A stretch of 63,596 nt of DNA, the filler included, from Choristocarpus tenellus KU-1152 (Eukaryota > Protista > Phaeophyceae), in the NCBI GenBank assembly GCA_964200185.2. It is 9 parts of 9 records of this genome, joined end to end, with 100 filler letters (N's around TTAATTAATTAA, not from the genome) between each part and the next. Parts side by side here need not be neighbours in the genome. Positions count along the whole stretch, not along the records: positions 22,408 to 34,829 come from CAXNAD020001844.1; positions 34,930 to 50,427 come from CAXNAD020000987.1; 7 more parts are not named here. The stretch is one strand, 5' to 3'. The notes beneath the pieces are model-generated. The model was given only the letters and a program-made list of their open reading frames with translations. It searched no databases and was not told the DNA's origin. This document shows positions 22,857-36,352 of this stretch, one piece after another; positions within the stretch are counted from its first letter, which is position 1, and every line of letters begins with the position of its first letter. Made by a program: the position numbers and the translations under genes.

Positions 22857-25800
22857 TCAATTTTTGGTGTTGATTGAAATCTCTTGACCCACTGCTTCAG
22901 AACCAGCCCCTACAGGCAAGAGTCTACGTATGTGTAGTGGAATATCCGTTCCTGTCTTTGGGTATGTATTTTGAGAGAGATCAATCTATTGGGTGAATGA
23001 TTGTCACACATGAGTCCGATCTTTTCTCGAAAGGGTTAGAGTCAGCCCTAGCACGAGGAAAGGAGAAGTAGTGTGGGAAAGATGGAGAAAAAAACGTGCA
23101 ATTGTGGGCGTAAATGACACTCAAGCAACACACTGATTGGAGGCTGAATCAGTGGACATTTTTCCAGGAGAAATCGGAGGAAGTCTTGGTGACATTGTAC
23201 CGGACAAATGATTACTTTCTGTCTTGTTCCTCTGGTCCTGATCAGAAATTGGAAGCACTCAGCAGCCGGGTTCGTTTGTGATTTTTTTTTTAGCTTGATT
23301 TGAAAGGCTAAATAGAAGGTAATGTATACCAAGCAATGGAAATAGGACCCTGCTGCATGTTTGATGGGCCCAACGGTCCATGGTTGAAGGGCGGGCTATA
23401 TTGTTGTAAAGGGCACGGGAAGATGCTCAATATATTAGCCTGTTTATGCAAAGTTTGTAGCTTTTTTTTATCGGACCTTTTAGTCAACTTATGGATTCTT
23501 GATGGGAAGCAGTACTGCCAATGAGGGCCACGAAGTACAGGTTAAAGAGCATTCTTCAGTCCCCAACGCCACAAATCAGGGTGCTGACCACTGTCCTTAA
23601 GTGGGTTCTGTAGAGAGGGATGAGTGTAGTTCATGGCAAGAGCCAAAGCACACCATGGAGGTCTTTTGTTGACCAGGGAAGGTACGACTTGTTCCATTGG
23701 TTGGTCTTGAGTGATCGATCTTTTAAATGTCTTGTGTACACAAGCTGTTCTTGGATGGCAGGACCAATGCCGGCAGAGATTGAATCAAACACAACACTAG
23801 CAGGTGAGTGAGTGTATGCCAGGGTAGTGGGTCTAGGGAAGGTTCAGGGGATGGGGCGGGTATAGCTTAATAGAATATCACCGTGTAGAGTGTAGTAGTG
23901 TAGTATGGTGCAACAGCTGCGCAAGGTTTGTGAGGATAGATTCACATCAGCAGGGAGGACAACATATCATTTAATTTCTAACCTACCACATATTCTGGGA
24001 ATACATACATACCGTATCTAACATAATTGAAATGGATTGATCTCGTGACATCACAGTCCCCTTGTTACAGGAAAATGGTGAGAAAAGACATCAACGCCTA
24101 GAATATTTCGAAAGGATTTTTCGTATGGGAACAGTTATGCCGTGGAGCGGTCAGCGATGTCCCTTGTATCGAGATGTTGCAGCCTCAACATGGAGGATAT
24201 ACATGCAATTGGAATTGCCCGATGCTACTAACCCGACAAGAGAGAGCTTCCGTGTCACCCCAGCACGCCCCTCTTCATGCATGAAATTGAAACAGAGTGA
24301 CAACAAAAAGCCCTCTTAAGTTCGAACCTGGTGGACAGGTCCCTCACCCAACCCCAGCAGAACCTTTTTGCTATGGTACATGAGCAACAAGCTTCGAGTG
24401 GGCTGTTGGTCAAAAGGTTTTGTCACTGCCGATTCCTTCCACGTGCATTGGCAGCTCTATTTGCCGATCTCGCCAACCCCACTAATTAATTCCGTATTTG
24501 CTTGCCAGAGCACAGGAAGAAGGGTTCAACTGCCAGGCGCTATGAGCTGTGAACTGTACAACATACTGGTACCAAGATCCAACTCTCATATAATGCATAG
24601 GTACCTCCACACAGATGAAGACTCAAGTTGGAGCCACAGCAACAAAAGAAATGAAAAGAGTGCAATCGAAAATTCCAGACCGAATATCAAATGAGCTCTG
24701 TACAAAGCCTAAAAACTACAGCAATGTTTTGTGCAGATATATTTTCTAGAAATATATTTCAGGTGGTTGGATCGTTTTTTTTTTAGTCTTCCCTGTGGAG
24801 GCAAGTCTTACCTTGCTGCATGTGAGTAGAAACGAGTACCCAAACCGGCTCTCTTTGATTGAGTAGCATATTTGATTGTTGTAATAATAATTATTATTAT
24901 TGTTGCCATTATTATGTTCTACTTCTTCTGTACTTCACATTTTATTGTGGTATTGAGTGCTCCGTAGGAAAACTGGAGTAGGGTATAGAGTACTAGACCT
25001 AGGTGAGACTTTGTCAACACAGCAATGTAATGTTTTTCTTAGTGTGCTCAAATATGTGAGTTTTGTGGTAAAAAGCTCTCCAACACCATGAAAATTTGAC
25101 ATGGGGTTTGCCAATATTTTCAATACCCCTTGAGCATATATGAATCAAGAAGGACAGCGATTAGAGGTACTAAGGTGATCTATAGCCCAGACATGAGTGC
25201 AATGATTTGGAGTCACATGATTGATACAGGGTGCTTCCACCAGGCGACCTGTCAATCAGTGCATCAGTCCATTGTTGGTGGCATCACATTATCACAGCAT
25301 GCCGTACAATCTGATAGTTGATATCACCAACAAAATGGGTTAAATGCCACCCGCTGTTGTCACTATGCCTCAAACTTCATGGTATTGTCTGTACAATGTT
25401 GGACCACATGTATGACAAATGATATCCAACACAGAAATATCTACTACGGAGTGATGCCATACAAGAGAGCAGGGTGTTGGGTTTTAAGGGTCCCTATAAC
25501 TCCCTTGTGGAATATGTGCTTTGAGTACTGTAGAGGTTGCTTTCAGTTATTGAAGGCAAGCATTCATGCAGCTGATCTTACACAGCCACAACCTCCTAGG
25601 CAGGGGTCAACTACATCTCAGCATGGGCATGGGGGTATACAGCACAAGGCTCAAAGAGAGGACTATAAAGCTCGAAAGGGCAATAAACTCACACTCCTCT
25701 TAAATCCTTTCACTCAGTACAAAGTAATTTCCAATTATTAAGCACCTGCAAGACTCAGATATCTTACTAACTTCTTGCAACTGAACGAATGTATCAGTGT

Positions 25801-26406
25801 TCCCCCCCCCCTCCAACCACCCCCCCCCCNNNNNNNNNNTTTTTTCTAGAGTCAGTTCATTTATATTATTATTAATTAAACAAACCCCATATTAGATGTT
25901 TTCTCTGTTCGCCCCCCCCCCCCCCCCCCCCTCTGTTGTCTATCCCAGCTGAGATAAGTGTGGTACTTTGAAGCAAAAAAGCATTCCTGCGCAGAGTATG
26001 GTAAGTTCGTTTGAAAAAAAAATCAAGAGCCAGTCTAATCGCCGCCTATGACCTACCTGTCACTTGAGAATCACCGCGTCCACCTATAGCAGCCATTTTG
26101 AACATTTCAAGCATATGACCAAATCAAAGGGACTTGATCAATAGCAAGTCTCACCATGTACATGCAGCAGTAAAAAATCAAACCGAACAGCTACAAAATC
26201 GGCCAATCGCCAGTGAGAATTAACAGCCACTCTTCGATCGAACCAACCGAGCCCTTCCTCGTATCTTGCAAATCACTACACACCCCTATCCGTGGTAGTC
26301 GCACAAAAGAATCATAAAAACAACAACAAAAAATTGCAAACAAATAGGAACCGTGATCTCAGCATCAAAACCCCAGCCCATCGCTGCCCAAGGAAGAATG
26401 ACATGG

Positions 26407-29400
26407 TCACTGGAAGGCACTGAGGGTGTGTCCAGTGAAGGGACGGTCCACAAAGGGAACGATTTTATGTGACTCTGTGAGAAACCCTCCCATATAGCAC
26501 ACTGCTTCCTCATATGTAACCGACGCCTCCTTAGAAAGTGCCTGAACGAAGACCAGAGCAAAATCAGAAGGGTTGGTTGGGGGAGGGTCTATCACCTCAT
26601 CAGCTTATCATAGCGAGTACCTTATTATACTCTATTGAAATGCTACATGCTTATATGGTGTGGGGCGTCCCTAACCCGAAGCAGACACTGGCTCTTGGAT
26701 TGAGCTACAACGTACTGCTGCTCAAAAGATATTTTTTTTAAAGCCGAAAAACTAAACATTAAAAAAAATTGAGATGTCCGTGTCTTCTCGATCAATTGAG
26801 TTGAGCCAATCATATCGCCCCCCGATTCACAACACCATGTAAAATAAAATAATAACATAAAGAGCACATAAACACGTTTTTCGCTTTTGGTGTAATTTTT
26901 CTAGAAACAAAGCGATATGTGCCAATGCTTCTTGATCGTGAAACACACTCCAACCAAAGACTAGCTCGACCATACTCTTAACATTATAGGCCGCTTTGCT
27001 TTAAATGCACCACAATCAGGAGGTGTGCTGAACTCTGCATAATGAGCAATCTCCTTACCTGCAGCATATCGTGCTCCAGATGCTTGAGCTCGCCCACTGA
27101 GAGCCCTGTCACAGAACTGATATGCTGGTAAAACCTACAGGCAATCAAAGCGATATTCAACAATAGGTGGTATAGGTCAAGGTCACAGACAAGTCAGTTA
27201 GTTAGCGAATATCACGGGGAGAAGAGGGGGCATGTGGGGGGGGGGGGGGGGGGGGATTAAGCGCAGTTAATGGAAGGGACTACAATGGACTCTGTTTGTA
27301 CAGGGGCATGCATTGTAGTACTGTGAACATTCAATGTTGCTATTAGTATACATGAACTAACAAAAGCCTAAATAGTGGAACTAGAATGAATCACGAGCGA
27401 TGGAAAGGGATATTATAATATCACGATATTCAAGCAACGTTCTAGGAAATATAATGCTTGGCAATTTCTAATATTGTTTGCTAGGATGGTTATGGAGGGC
27501 AGGACAACCCCCCCCCCGCTGGTGTACGTAACGAGTAACTCTTGGTTGTAAATCAGTAAAAGCACATTCTACATTATCTTCTTGTTCGTGGTAAGTCAGT
27601 ACGCTCTCATGGCATGTGGACATACTCCATGTTAGAACAGGAACGACATTTCAGTCATCATCATAGCCACTATCCAACTTGGTGGTGCTCCAGAGCAGAA
27701 GCTTGAGTTCACACTTCACTGCAAGCACACATAGATTCCCGTAGGTATCGGGTGTTCCACCCTCCCTGCAGTAAGAGTTCAACCCCAAAGGTACTCAAGG
27801 CGGACTACTATGCTGTGCATTTGAGGTCCTCCTGCAGTCAGTCACAGTCGGTCAATGTGTATACATGTGCATTGTGTGCAGTCGACCAAGAACGAGCAAT
27901 CAACTAATTCTTGTAGTGGGAAGAGTGTATGGACAACGCAACCTGAAAGAACAAGGCGACGGCCCTGGGTCAACAGCGTCTGAGTATGATGGTTAGGGAG
28001 GGACAGAATCTCACTTGTTGTCGTATTGTGATGAAACCCCTACTGAGCCAGTGTCATCATTGCTCTTCAACCCAGTTACCTCAATGAATTTTTCAGCTAT
28101 GAGAAGGCTTGCAATGAACAGCCTGTGTGCCGTCAGAGGAGTCACATATATGTGTAACTCCGAGGATGGCAGGGCCAAGCGGTCCAGATACCTGGGGATT
28201 ACATGTGACGAGAGTTTCGAGTGGGAAGTGGCTCTCATCTCACTAACTGAATCAAACCAGTGAGTGATGATCACAAAAATGACTCTTGTTGACACGGTGT
28301 ATTTCGTGTACCTGGTTCCTCTGCAGCAGATTTCTTCTTCTCACCAAGAGTCAGTCAACTATGATGCCATCACTACACCTCATTGCTATGGTGTAATTCT
28401 GTTGGCATGTTTGATGCTAATTGCCCAGGCATGAACAGGTGAACACATTGCACATTGCATCTGACACTGAAGAGCTATCTCAACACGGTAATCATAACTG
28501 AAGGAACACGCATGCACAATACCACGCAATTTTAGCTGTGCAGAATTACCAAGAGGAATCCAAGCTAGACTGCGGCCTAAACACATGCAGACAAGTCTAT
28601 TGGAGCATACCAATTGGTGCCAAGGCACAGACTTTAAACACTTACAAGCAAGTGATAAACTCCGGTGTGCGAGGACACACGGAAAAAGAAAAAATCTAAC
28701 AAAGACGAGTTCAGACCTAGTGCAAGACATGGTACATTGGTTTGGATGGGGCAAAGGAGAGGGAGCTTACTCACACAAGGGTAAGAATAAGGCAGATGTT
28801 GGGACAAGACACGTGCTTGGCCACCCTCTCCACATAGTCCGCCACAGACACGGATGGCATAGACGCGGAGTGGAAGGGGGAGTCTTTTTTGGGCTGCAAT
28901 CGAGGGGAACCAGGAGGAACAGTATTAATTGAGAGCAATCCAAAGGAAACCTAGGAAACAACGATGGTGTGGAGCTTCGGATCCAGCAGGGTGAAAGCAA
29001 AATAATACATCACAGACTAGGTGCCCTGATCAAAAACCTATGCTTTGCGACAAAGACGCACTACAGGAGATCACAGGGGTAACACGCAATTATGATCGTA
29101 CCCATCAGGACCGACACTACTCCGCACCCAAGCCCCAAATTCTACGATGAGCGAAGTTCTGATCCAACACAAAGCTTACAACAGATCATGGTGTACAATC
29201 GTATTGAACTTCAAATTTGGACTTCAGCCAGCACTTTTAACACGCACTGTGATCAGGATTTGCAAAGGTAATATGTACCTTTCCCCCATGGAATAGCTGA
29301 TTGGTATTGGCCAGCTTCTGCAGTATCCCTCCCACATATTTAGCTAGTTCAGATCGGTCTCGGGATTCCAGCTTCTCCTGCAATGACTGTAGCGAAGGAG

Positions 29401-29961
29401 GGATTGCCTGAGCCTGCTGCGGGTCAGGGGCTGGGCCCAAGGCCTGGCAAGGAGGAAGTAAATAGGCAGGTCCAGGGATTGGGGTGTATAGTAGGCTCAG
29501 GAGAAGCCAAAGTACTGCCCATGGATGTCTTGCAGGTGTGGGTTGAGTTGACCATAATTCATGTCGAGTTAATGGAGGTGCTCACCAAGTATGGGCTAGT
29601 ACTCGATCCCGTTCCCATACCAGGATGTATTTCTTCGTACCCTTGCTCCTCAAGCTGTGCTGGAACTGTTTACAAACGTAGATCAAGCAGAGGATGGGCA
29701 CTATCAGCATAATGTTGAAGAGGATACAGCATTTGGTGGTTTCCTTAACGAGCGTCCACTTTTCTCACCAACTTCTCGCTGCGCCAAACCAGGTGGACAG
29801 TAGTTGAATGACCAACTTCCCATGTCACTCCCGCTAGAGGAAGCACTGCATTTACTAACAACAGCAAAGAGCATCAAAGCTGGAGCACGGATGAAGTCAG
29901 GACGGGGTCGACGTCGCCTTCGATTAAACCTAGCACGGTCCTCCCATCTGACTTCTGACAT
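26407..29961 (-). CDS. PHO80-like (U/P-type) cyclin, 8-exon model
   Basis: Exons 29961-29769, 29665-29586, 29443-29279, 28893-28775, 28191-28080, 27765-27731, 27134-27059, 26541-26407 are phase compatible. They give SPFHSASMPSVSVADYVERVAKHVSCPNICLILTLVYLDRL...YVTPLTAHRLFIASLLIAEKFIE...SSVTGLSVGELKHLEHDMLQAL, the Pho80 cyclin box. The start codon and the 35-nt micro-exon are less certain. Confidence 0.88.
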
Positions 29962-30223
29962 CGTTCTCGTTTATTTCTCAACACTCTCAACCGCTGTTAG
30001 CACCAGGATCCACGCGGTAATCCTTACACAGTTGTGTCCATATCAGTAGTAGTAGTCATCGTTCAGATTTGTTGTGTTGGTTTGTAAGGTCGTTTAGTTT
30101 GGTGTTGTACGTTGACATGAACTTTTTTATTGAGGTACTACATATTTAATGTAACTTCTACTTGCCACACTCATCCTCTGCACTGTCCACTTTGTACTAC
30201 TACTGTTTGATCTGCAGCCTCTC
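29962..30223. promoter_or_regulatory. Putative bidirectional promoter between the cyclin (-) and tocopherol-cyclase-like (+) genes
   Basis: Start codons are head-to-head with only 262 bp between them. A possible 5'UTR intron on + runs from GTAAGG at about 30084 to CTGCAG at 30217. Confidence 0.5.
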
Positions 30224-33200
30224 ATGCGGACAAGCAGACCGGTGGTACTGTTACTGCTACTCATTTCATGTACGTGGCAGAACCACAGGTGTTGTGTGCG
30301 AAACACTGTTGAAGGTTCGGTGGGCGCAAACCCACCTGAGCTGGGTGCACACCCTCGTGCACCCACCTCCTCCCCAAGGAAATGTGGCTTTGGCCTGGCT
30401 TGGGGAGGTCTTCATTGGATTGGCAATTTGAGGCGTGGCACATGGTGCAACAAAAAAGGAGACGGGAATGAAGGATTGATTGCAATAAAAGGAAAGACCA
30501 CGGTAAACCCATCCAAACTTCACAGACTCCTGGTCTCGTTTGTCGGAGCGTTGACTCTCTCTGGCGCATCGGTGGTGGTAAACCCAGAGAGTACTGCAGC
30601 TTCTCCCTTCAACCCTCGTCCCCCGCCGGTATCAACGCGCCGACCGTTTTTTGAAGGGTGGTGTATCAGGTAGGTGAAGATGTAGCGCTAAAAAGGGAGA
30701 CTTGTTAGGCGATCTATGAGTCTGGTGGAGGGACGGCAATCAGTTGGAGGAAGATGTAGCAAGAAGCTGAGTTGGAGTGAGATCGTGCCAAACTTGGTGA
30801 CATATGCCCGGTTTGACACCAGGTTTCCTGCATTTGTCTAGAAGTGTGTCAAAAGTCGTCCCTTTTTGGTTGTCTACCTTGTTTCCATTGACCTGAATTA
30901 GTGCTCTCCTGACCACCGCCCTGGTCGTTTCTCAGGTTGGTAGACCACCAGCGGCGGGTTAGCTTTGCTGTCATCATTGGATCCTTTCGTAGCAAGGGGA
31001 AAGAGGGATCGGAATTGGACCAGCATTATGTATCTGTCTCGTACATGGACCCAAGTGAAGGGGGCAGCAAATGTAGGGGAGATATGGGTCAGGGGGGGGA
31101 AGCGAGTCAAATGCATGGAGACGGAGAGGTCAGGGAGGGAAAGGACACAAATGAAAACTGCATTGAGAACTTGGCAAGTGTCCATAGTGCTGGGGGGGGC
31201 TCCACTTTGTGGATGTCAACTCCTCTGGAGTCACCTGAGAGGGGTGATGGCCAAGAGGGACTAGCAAACCGAGTTGTAGGGGGTGCTGTAGGGGAATATA
31301 TAAGGCAGCAATCACTTGAGGGTAGTTATCGTGAGGTACCACTGAATAAACAGGGACTAGCGAGTGAGCAATTAGAAGGGGAGCGAGTGATGCCTTGCAT
31401 TTTGGGAGAGCATTATTATCCAGTAAGAACAACAATATGTGAGGAAGCAGAAGAATGTGTGACCTCGAGGGGGAACATCAGAGTTTGGCCTTGGAATAGA
31501 GGCAAGGAGAAATATGGCAAGCAGGACAGCAATAGGGGAAAGAGAGAAAAGGAAATTGAATCTGCCACGTCCATTACAGAGCAGGGCCAGGCTCTGGTGC
31601 AGGACAGTGGGAATATCAGTGACCTAGAGGGGCAGGGGCAAAAAACGGACTGGGTATGGGACCTCAAGGATGAAAACATGGGTGAAACGAAGGGTGGTGT
31701 TGTTCGAGGAGGTGCCCGCAAGCAACAGCAGCTGGGCCGGGTGGAGGAGGATGAAGTTGGTGGAGAAGGGAAGAATGGCTCACCCACCCAATTGCAAGCG
31801 CCTTACATTAGGCCAAGTTGTGTGGAGAAGGTGCACACATTTCATGCCTTCCCCCCTGCAGACACTGTGACTATCTCTGCTGGAGGGACAGCAGTGTCCC
31901 ACCCCCCAGACATGCAATCTGATCCGGATTTTACCTGGGAAGCTGATGGATTGGGGTGAGTAAGTACTAGGTACATCACAGCTGACTGGTAATCTTGCTT
32001 GCATTTCAGATTGTTTTGAATGCTGAAGTTTCAGCCTTCTGCTTGCGGGGGGGAGCCCTATCAAGCACGTCCTCGTTTGCTTCCCCCTAGCCTTCCGCTC
32101 CCTGCCCTCCCCTCCTAACATTCTCTCCAAGCCTGAATCCATCCCAAGCAGTCTCAGTGTCACTTCAATCTCTCCACCTACCCGTAATACACTTAATCTG
32201 AAACGCTTGTGATACCCTGTCCCCTGGAGCATGTCCTATTAGTGTAAGTAAAGAAAAACATCATCGTACCGGAAGCTCCACACCTGCCCCTAGTCATGGT
32301 GGTAGTGCTAAATGATCATAACCCCAACTCGCATCCGTTGTCCACCGCAAACACACATATGAGATCTGTGACAATTTGTGGTGATGAGGGTCGGTTGTCA
32401 TTCGAGCTCCCAGAAGTCAGTGTGGCTGCCAGTTTTCGTCAGCGGGTGCCATGGTCTTTCAGGCATCCGAACTCAGACGGACCAGAGGGATGGCTCCGTA
32501 ATACGCCGCTCCTCCCCTGCCACTATTTTGTTGTGAGTGACCTTGGTTGGCTTCCCTTGGCCATCTTTGGAGAGCATACACAGCACAAACACACGCACAC
32601 GTTGTTTGTTATAATCAGAGACTATTTCTAAGGCATCCCACGACCCTCTCAACTTCTATTTTTCGTGAAAGACATGTGTGCTTTGTTTTTTCTTACCCTT
32701 GCCCTTGCCCTATAGCCCTAACCCTAACCCTAACCCCCCTCTCATCCTAAAACGTCTCCCCTATCAGTTAAGCCATCAAAGGGTGCTTGCTTATGTTTCA
32801 GTCTTTCTGGAAACTGTATCACAATGGCTCAAATGCCTACTCTGCTGACTCTCTGTGGCCCTTCCCTTCTTTCTTGGTTCTATACCTGAGCTGAGTTGTC
32901 TGTTAAGCTCTCTTGAGTCTCCTCAAACCCCGTAACTGCTTTGTATCTGCCTTGTTTTACGTCAGTACTCTCTGGGTTCTGAGGCAGGGTACAGCCTCAA
33001 ACCCTGTGGGAAGAAGGCAGTGGTGGGTCGCGGCAGCCTTCACCTTGAGGTCAACTATGGAGAGACTTTCCCCACTTCCTGGGTGTGGGCACAGGCAAGC
33101 ACCTTTCTTTCTACTCCAAGAGTTGCTCATCTGAGGCTTGTTCAATGTCTTCACAGGCAGTACTAGCAATGCTTAATACAGTCTGTGTTTCTGCATTGCT

Positions 33201-34693
33201 ACTAACATTCCTTTTTAAGCAAGGCATGCCCCAATGGCGTAGTACATGGGCTGTGCACTAAGGGTATATATTCTGTTCCATAGGGTCATGCTAGCTGAAG
33301 GACGGGTTTGTTTCCAGGTAGGGGGAGTGAAGATTGTTTTCTGCACCAAAGAAGCACTGGGGATTGGACCTACTGCAGAGCGTATCATTTCAAGGGTATA
33401 GGGTACTTCTCTACCTTTTTCGATTGCCTATGGCTAGTTGTTGGATTGGGTCGATGATAACCTTAGTAGCAAACGGCGTGTGACTATGTGAAGACATTTT
33501 GCCGATTCTCTTTGTTTAATTTCTCTTCGACAGTGCCACGGTATTAGCCAAATCGATCGCGCATCAAGAACCAAAACGTCGTCTGCCTTGCACTGTTCAG
33601 GGGTGCACCTCTTCTATTGGGATGGAAGGCGGGAGGTATGAGAATGGGGAGAGGGTTGACTCGTTCGAGGGCGGAACAGTTGGCCATGGCAAAGGAGGAG
33701 AGAGCAAGGATGAGCTGGGCACACCTCTGGCGCGCTTTGTACTGACGGGGTGTGCGCTCATTAGGAGGCGTGTTTATTTTGTGGTTCAAGTTGCAGTAGT
33801 CACGGATGTGTGCTGGAATGGATTGGGATCTGGCAGCAAGGAGATAAAAAATCGAGGCAATAGCTGTTTTTATGTTTTTAAAAGCTTGAATTTGGGGTCT
33901 GATAGAGTACATGCTGAGATGTTGAAGTGCGTGGAATGGGAGTTGTTAGAGATGTGTTGTTGAGTAAGTGTCTCCCCTCCATTGTAGCCTCTAGTAGTTG
34001 TATGTAGATCGTGTTGTGGGGGAAAGGGGGGTACAACAATGTTTTTTTAAGAGATAAAAAAAAAAAGGATTTGAGTATTTTGGGGAGGGAGTCTCAGGCT
34101 TGAACTCCTGTCGGATTTTTTTGTCCCCACTCTTTGACAGTATCACACTCATGCTCGTATACAATGATTTCTCTCCTTTGGTTATTACACTCATTAGTTT
34201 TGAATGTACCTACCAATGTGATGTACAACATCTCACACCGTTTTCTGTGGAATTATCAAGGGATTGCAATTACATCAACACACTTGCTTCTGTAGCCATC
34301 CATGCCCAGGATAACAGACCCAGTATCATGGGGGCTCTTCTACACGCAGAGTCATTTTCCTCTCTGTTTCACTCAATGCTCTTTTGATGCTCTGGTATTG
34401 TTATGAAGTGGTGCCTATCAATAGCTAACCCCCCCCCTCACTCTCATCCTTATTCACTGATTCTGCCCTTGCTCTTGTACTGGCTTTTATTTATTGTGGG
34501 AAGGGGGAGATTCATGATTGGTCCTATGGCAACCAACAGCTTTGTGATTGGCTACCGATCGGAGAAGCTGGCATGGGATTTTCGCACCACAGATATGGAT
34601 CGCATTGAAGCTAGTGTGTCTTGTTCCAGTGGAAGGCTGAAGCTGCTGGCCAAGTCATGGAAGGGTGACCGTGTTCTTGAGGCGGATATTAAG
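30224..34693 (+). CDS. Tocopherol cyclase (VTE1)-like protein, 3' part lost at contig end
   Basis: Exons 30224-30669, 30936-31955, 32364-32532, 32966-33094, 33601-33749, 34504-34693 join in frame. Motifs RPFFEGWCIRLVD..VSFAVIIG, GPEGWL..PLLPCHYFV, LHLEVNYGETFPTSWVWAQG and FVLTGGRFMIG resemble tocopherol cyclase FFEGWY and EKNWGxxFPxxWxWxQ motifs. The N-terminus is hydrophobic and signal-like (MRTSRPVVLLLLLISC). Confidence 0.8.
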
Positions 34694-34769
34694 GTGACTA
34701 CTATCATGGGTGCTATATTGATAACACCCAACATTCCCATCAATGCCTGATTTCCCAATATTGCTTGAG

Positions 34770-34801
<32 letters not shown>

Positions 34802-36352
34802 ATCCATCCCGCCGCGCCGCCCCACCCGANNNNNNNNNNNNNNNNNNNNNNNNNNNNNNNNNNNNNNNNNNNNTTAATTAATTAANNNNNNNNNNNNNNN
34901 NNNNNNNNNNNNNNNNNNNNNNNNNNNNNAAAAGTGAAAATCGAAAAAAGGGTGAAAAACGGACGCCGACACCCCCCCCCAAGATACTTTGACCCTAGTA
35001 CTTTGGAGTAGTAGTTAACACAGGGGACCCAGCCCTCATTGTGCCTTGTAGAGCTCTGTACTTCCAGGCGAGATTATAGTGCCCTACAGGTATTACAAAA
35101 CAGCGCGGTATACAGGAGGGACCCAAACTCAGCAGGCAGAAACTTAGTAGATATTAATAGTCGTTGCTCTTCTAAGCAAAACAAGAAAAGGTGAGTGAAA
35201 TAATAGTAGTAAAACAACTGGTTCAGACACAGAAGGCAGGCACCACCACTATATAGCTAGTAGTCCATGAGTAGTAAGCAACAACAAGTTCATTTCTCTG
35301 ATTTCAACACTAATCTTAACCATAAAAAGGATAAGGTGCAAATTCACATTTAAATACAGTACCAACAGTGACGATGTGTAAATAGGGGAAAATACTATCC
35401 TCCCCTAATAGGACCAATGTTAGTGGGTGTGGTGGTCACTGTCGGGTTCTTCTTGAGGAGTAGACCCTGCTGGGAATGTCAATTAAGCGATCCGTCAACC
35501 ACAAACAAACGTAGGAGGGGTCGAAACAGAGAGGGATTCTACACGTACAGTGCAATCTGATAGACGAACATGGCTTCACCTTTTGACTCAACACGACATC
35601 ATACCTCTGTGATTTAGTTAACCTCCTTTTCAGCGATTGTACCACACTGTCACCCACCATTCGTTGCAAATAATGCTTCCTGAAGCATGCTTCTCTGACA
35701 TTTTTTGGGAGGTTCATAATCTGCCACACTCGCTATAAGGCTATAATGTTTTAGAAAATTAGCGTCCACACCATATTGTCGTTATGCCTGCTCACTTATT
35801 TCGTGTTCTGAAGACAATTGATTTTTCCATACTATCATAATGTCAAGGCGTCCTCCTGTCTCAGTAGATCGAACCCTTTTGACACCAGATTCCTTTCGCG
35901 AAAATCTGGTTTCGATGATACTTTTCCATGCATCAATCACTATGGATTTGTAAACATGTATCACTAGAACGCCAACCAAAATTATGGTGGAAAGCCTGGG
36001 AGTGGGTACAGAAGAAGATTTGAGGGATGAGACGGAGGGACCGCTGGCGAGAGTGGTGAGAGAACCAAGGCAAGAACGGAGGCAGTACAATTGGTCGTAT
36101 AACAGCGCAACGACAGTATTTTCAAGAGTAGTACCAGCATTCAGAAGTTAGTGAGGGGGCGCGAGGACAGGTCGACATCATCCTACCAATGATGTAGGAC
36201 ATATAATATAGTAGTATGAATACATTATTCACCTCTATAAAAACAATTAAAATCTCTTCTTTCTGCATCAACTTTTTTTGTCTGTGTTGATTTCTCTATC
36301 AACTTGTTCAGTGTTTGATATACCTACCACTTCGAAACTTGGTGAAAGCACA

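Noticed and set aside
22900-25800. Possible decayed transposon or coding remnants
   Set aside because: Only short ORFs with no recognisable motifs in any frame.
35436-36090. Possible minus-strand gene divergent from SNF8
   Set aside because: Exon-like pieces exist but there is no recognisable domain or consistent model; left unannotated.
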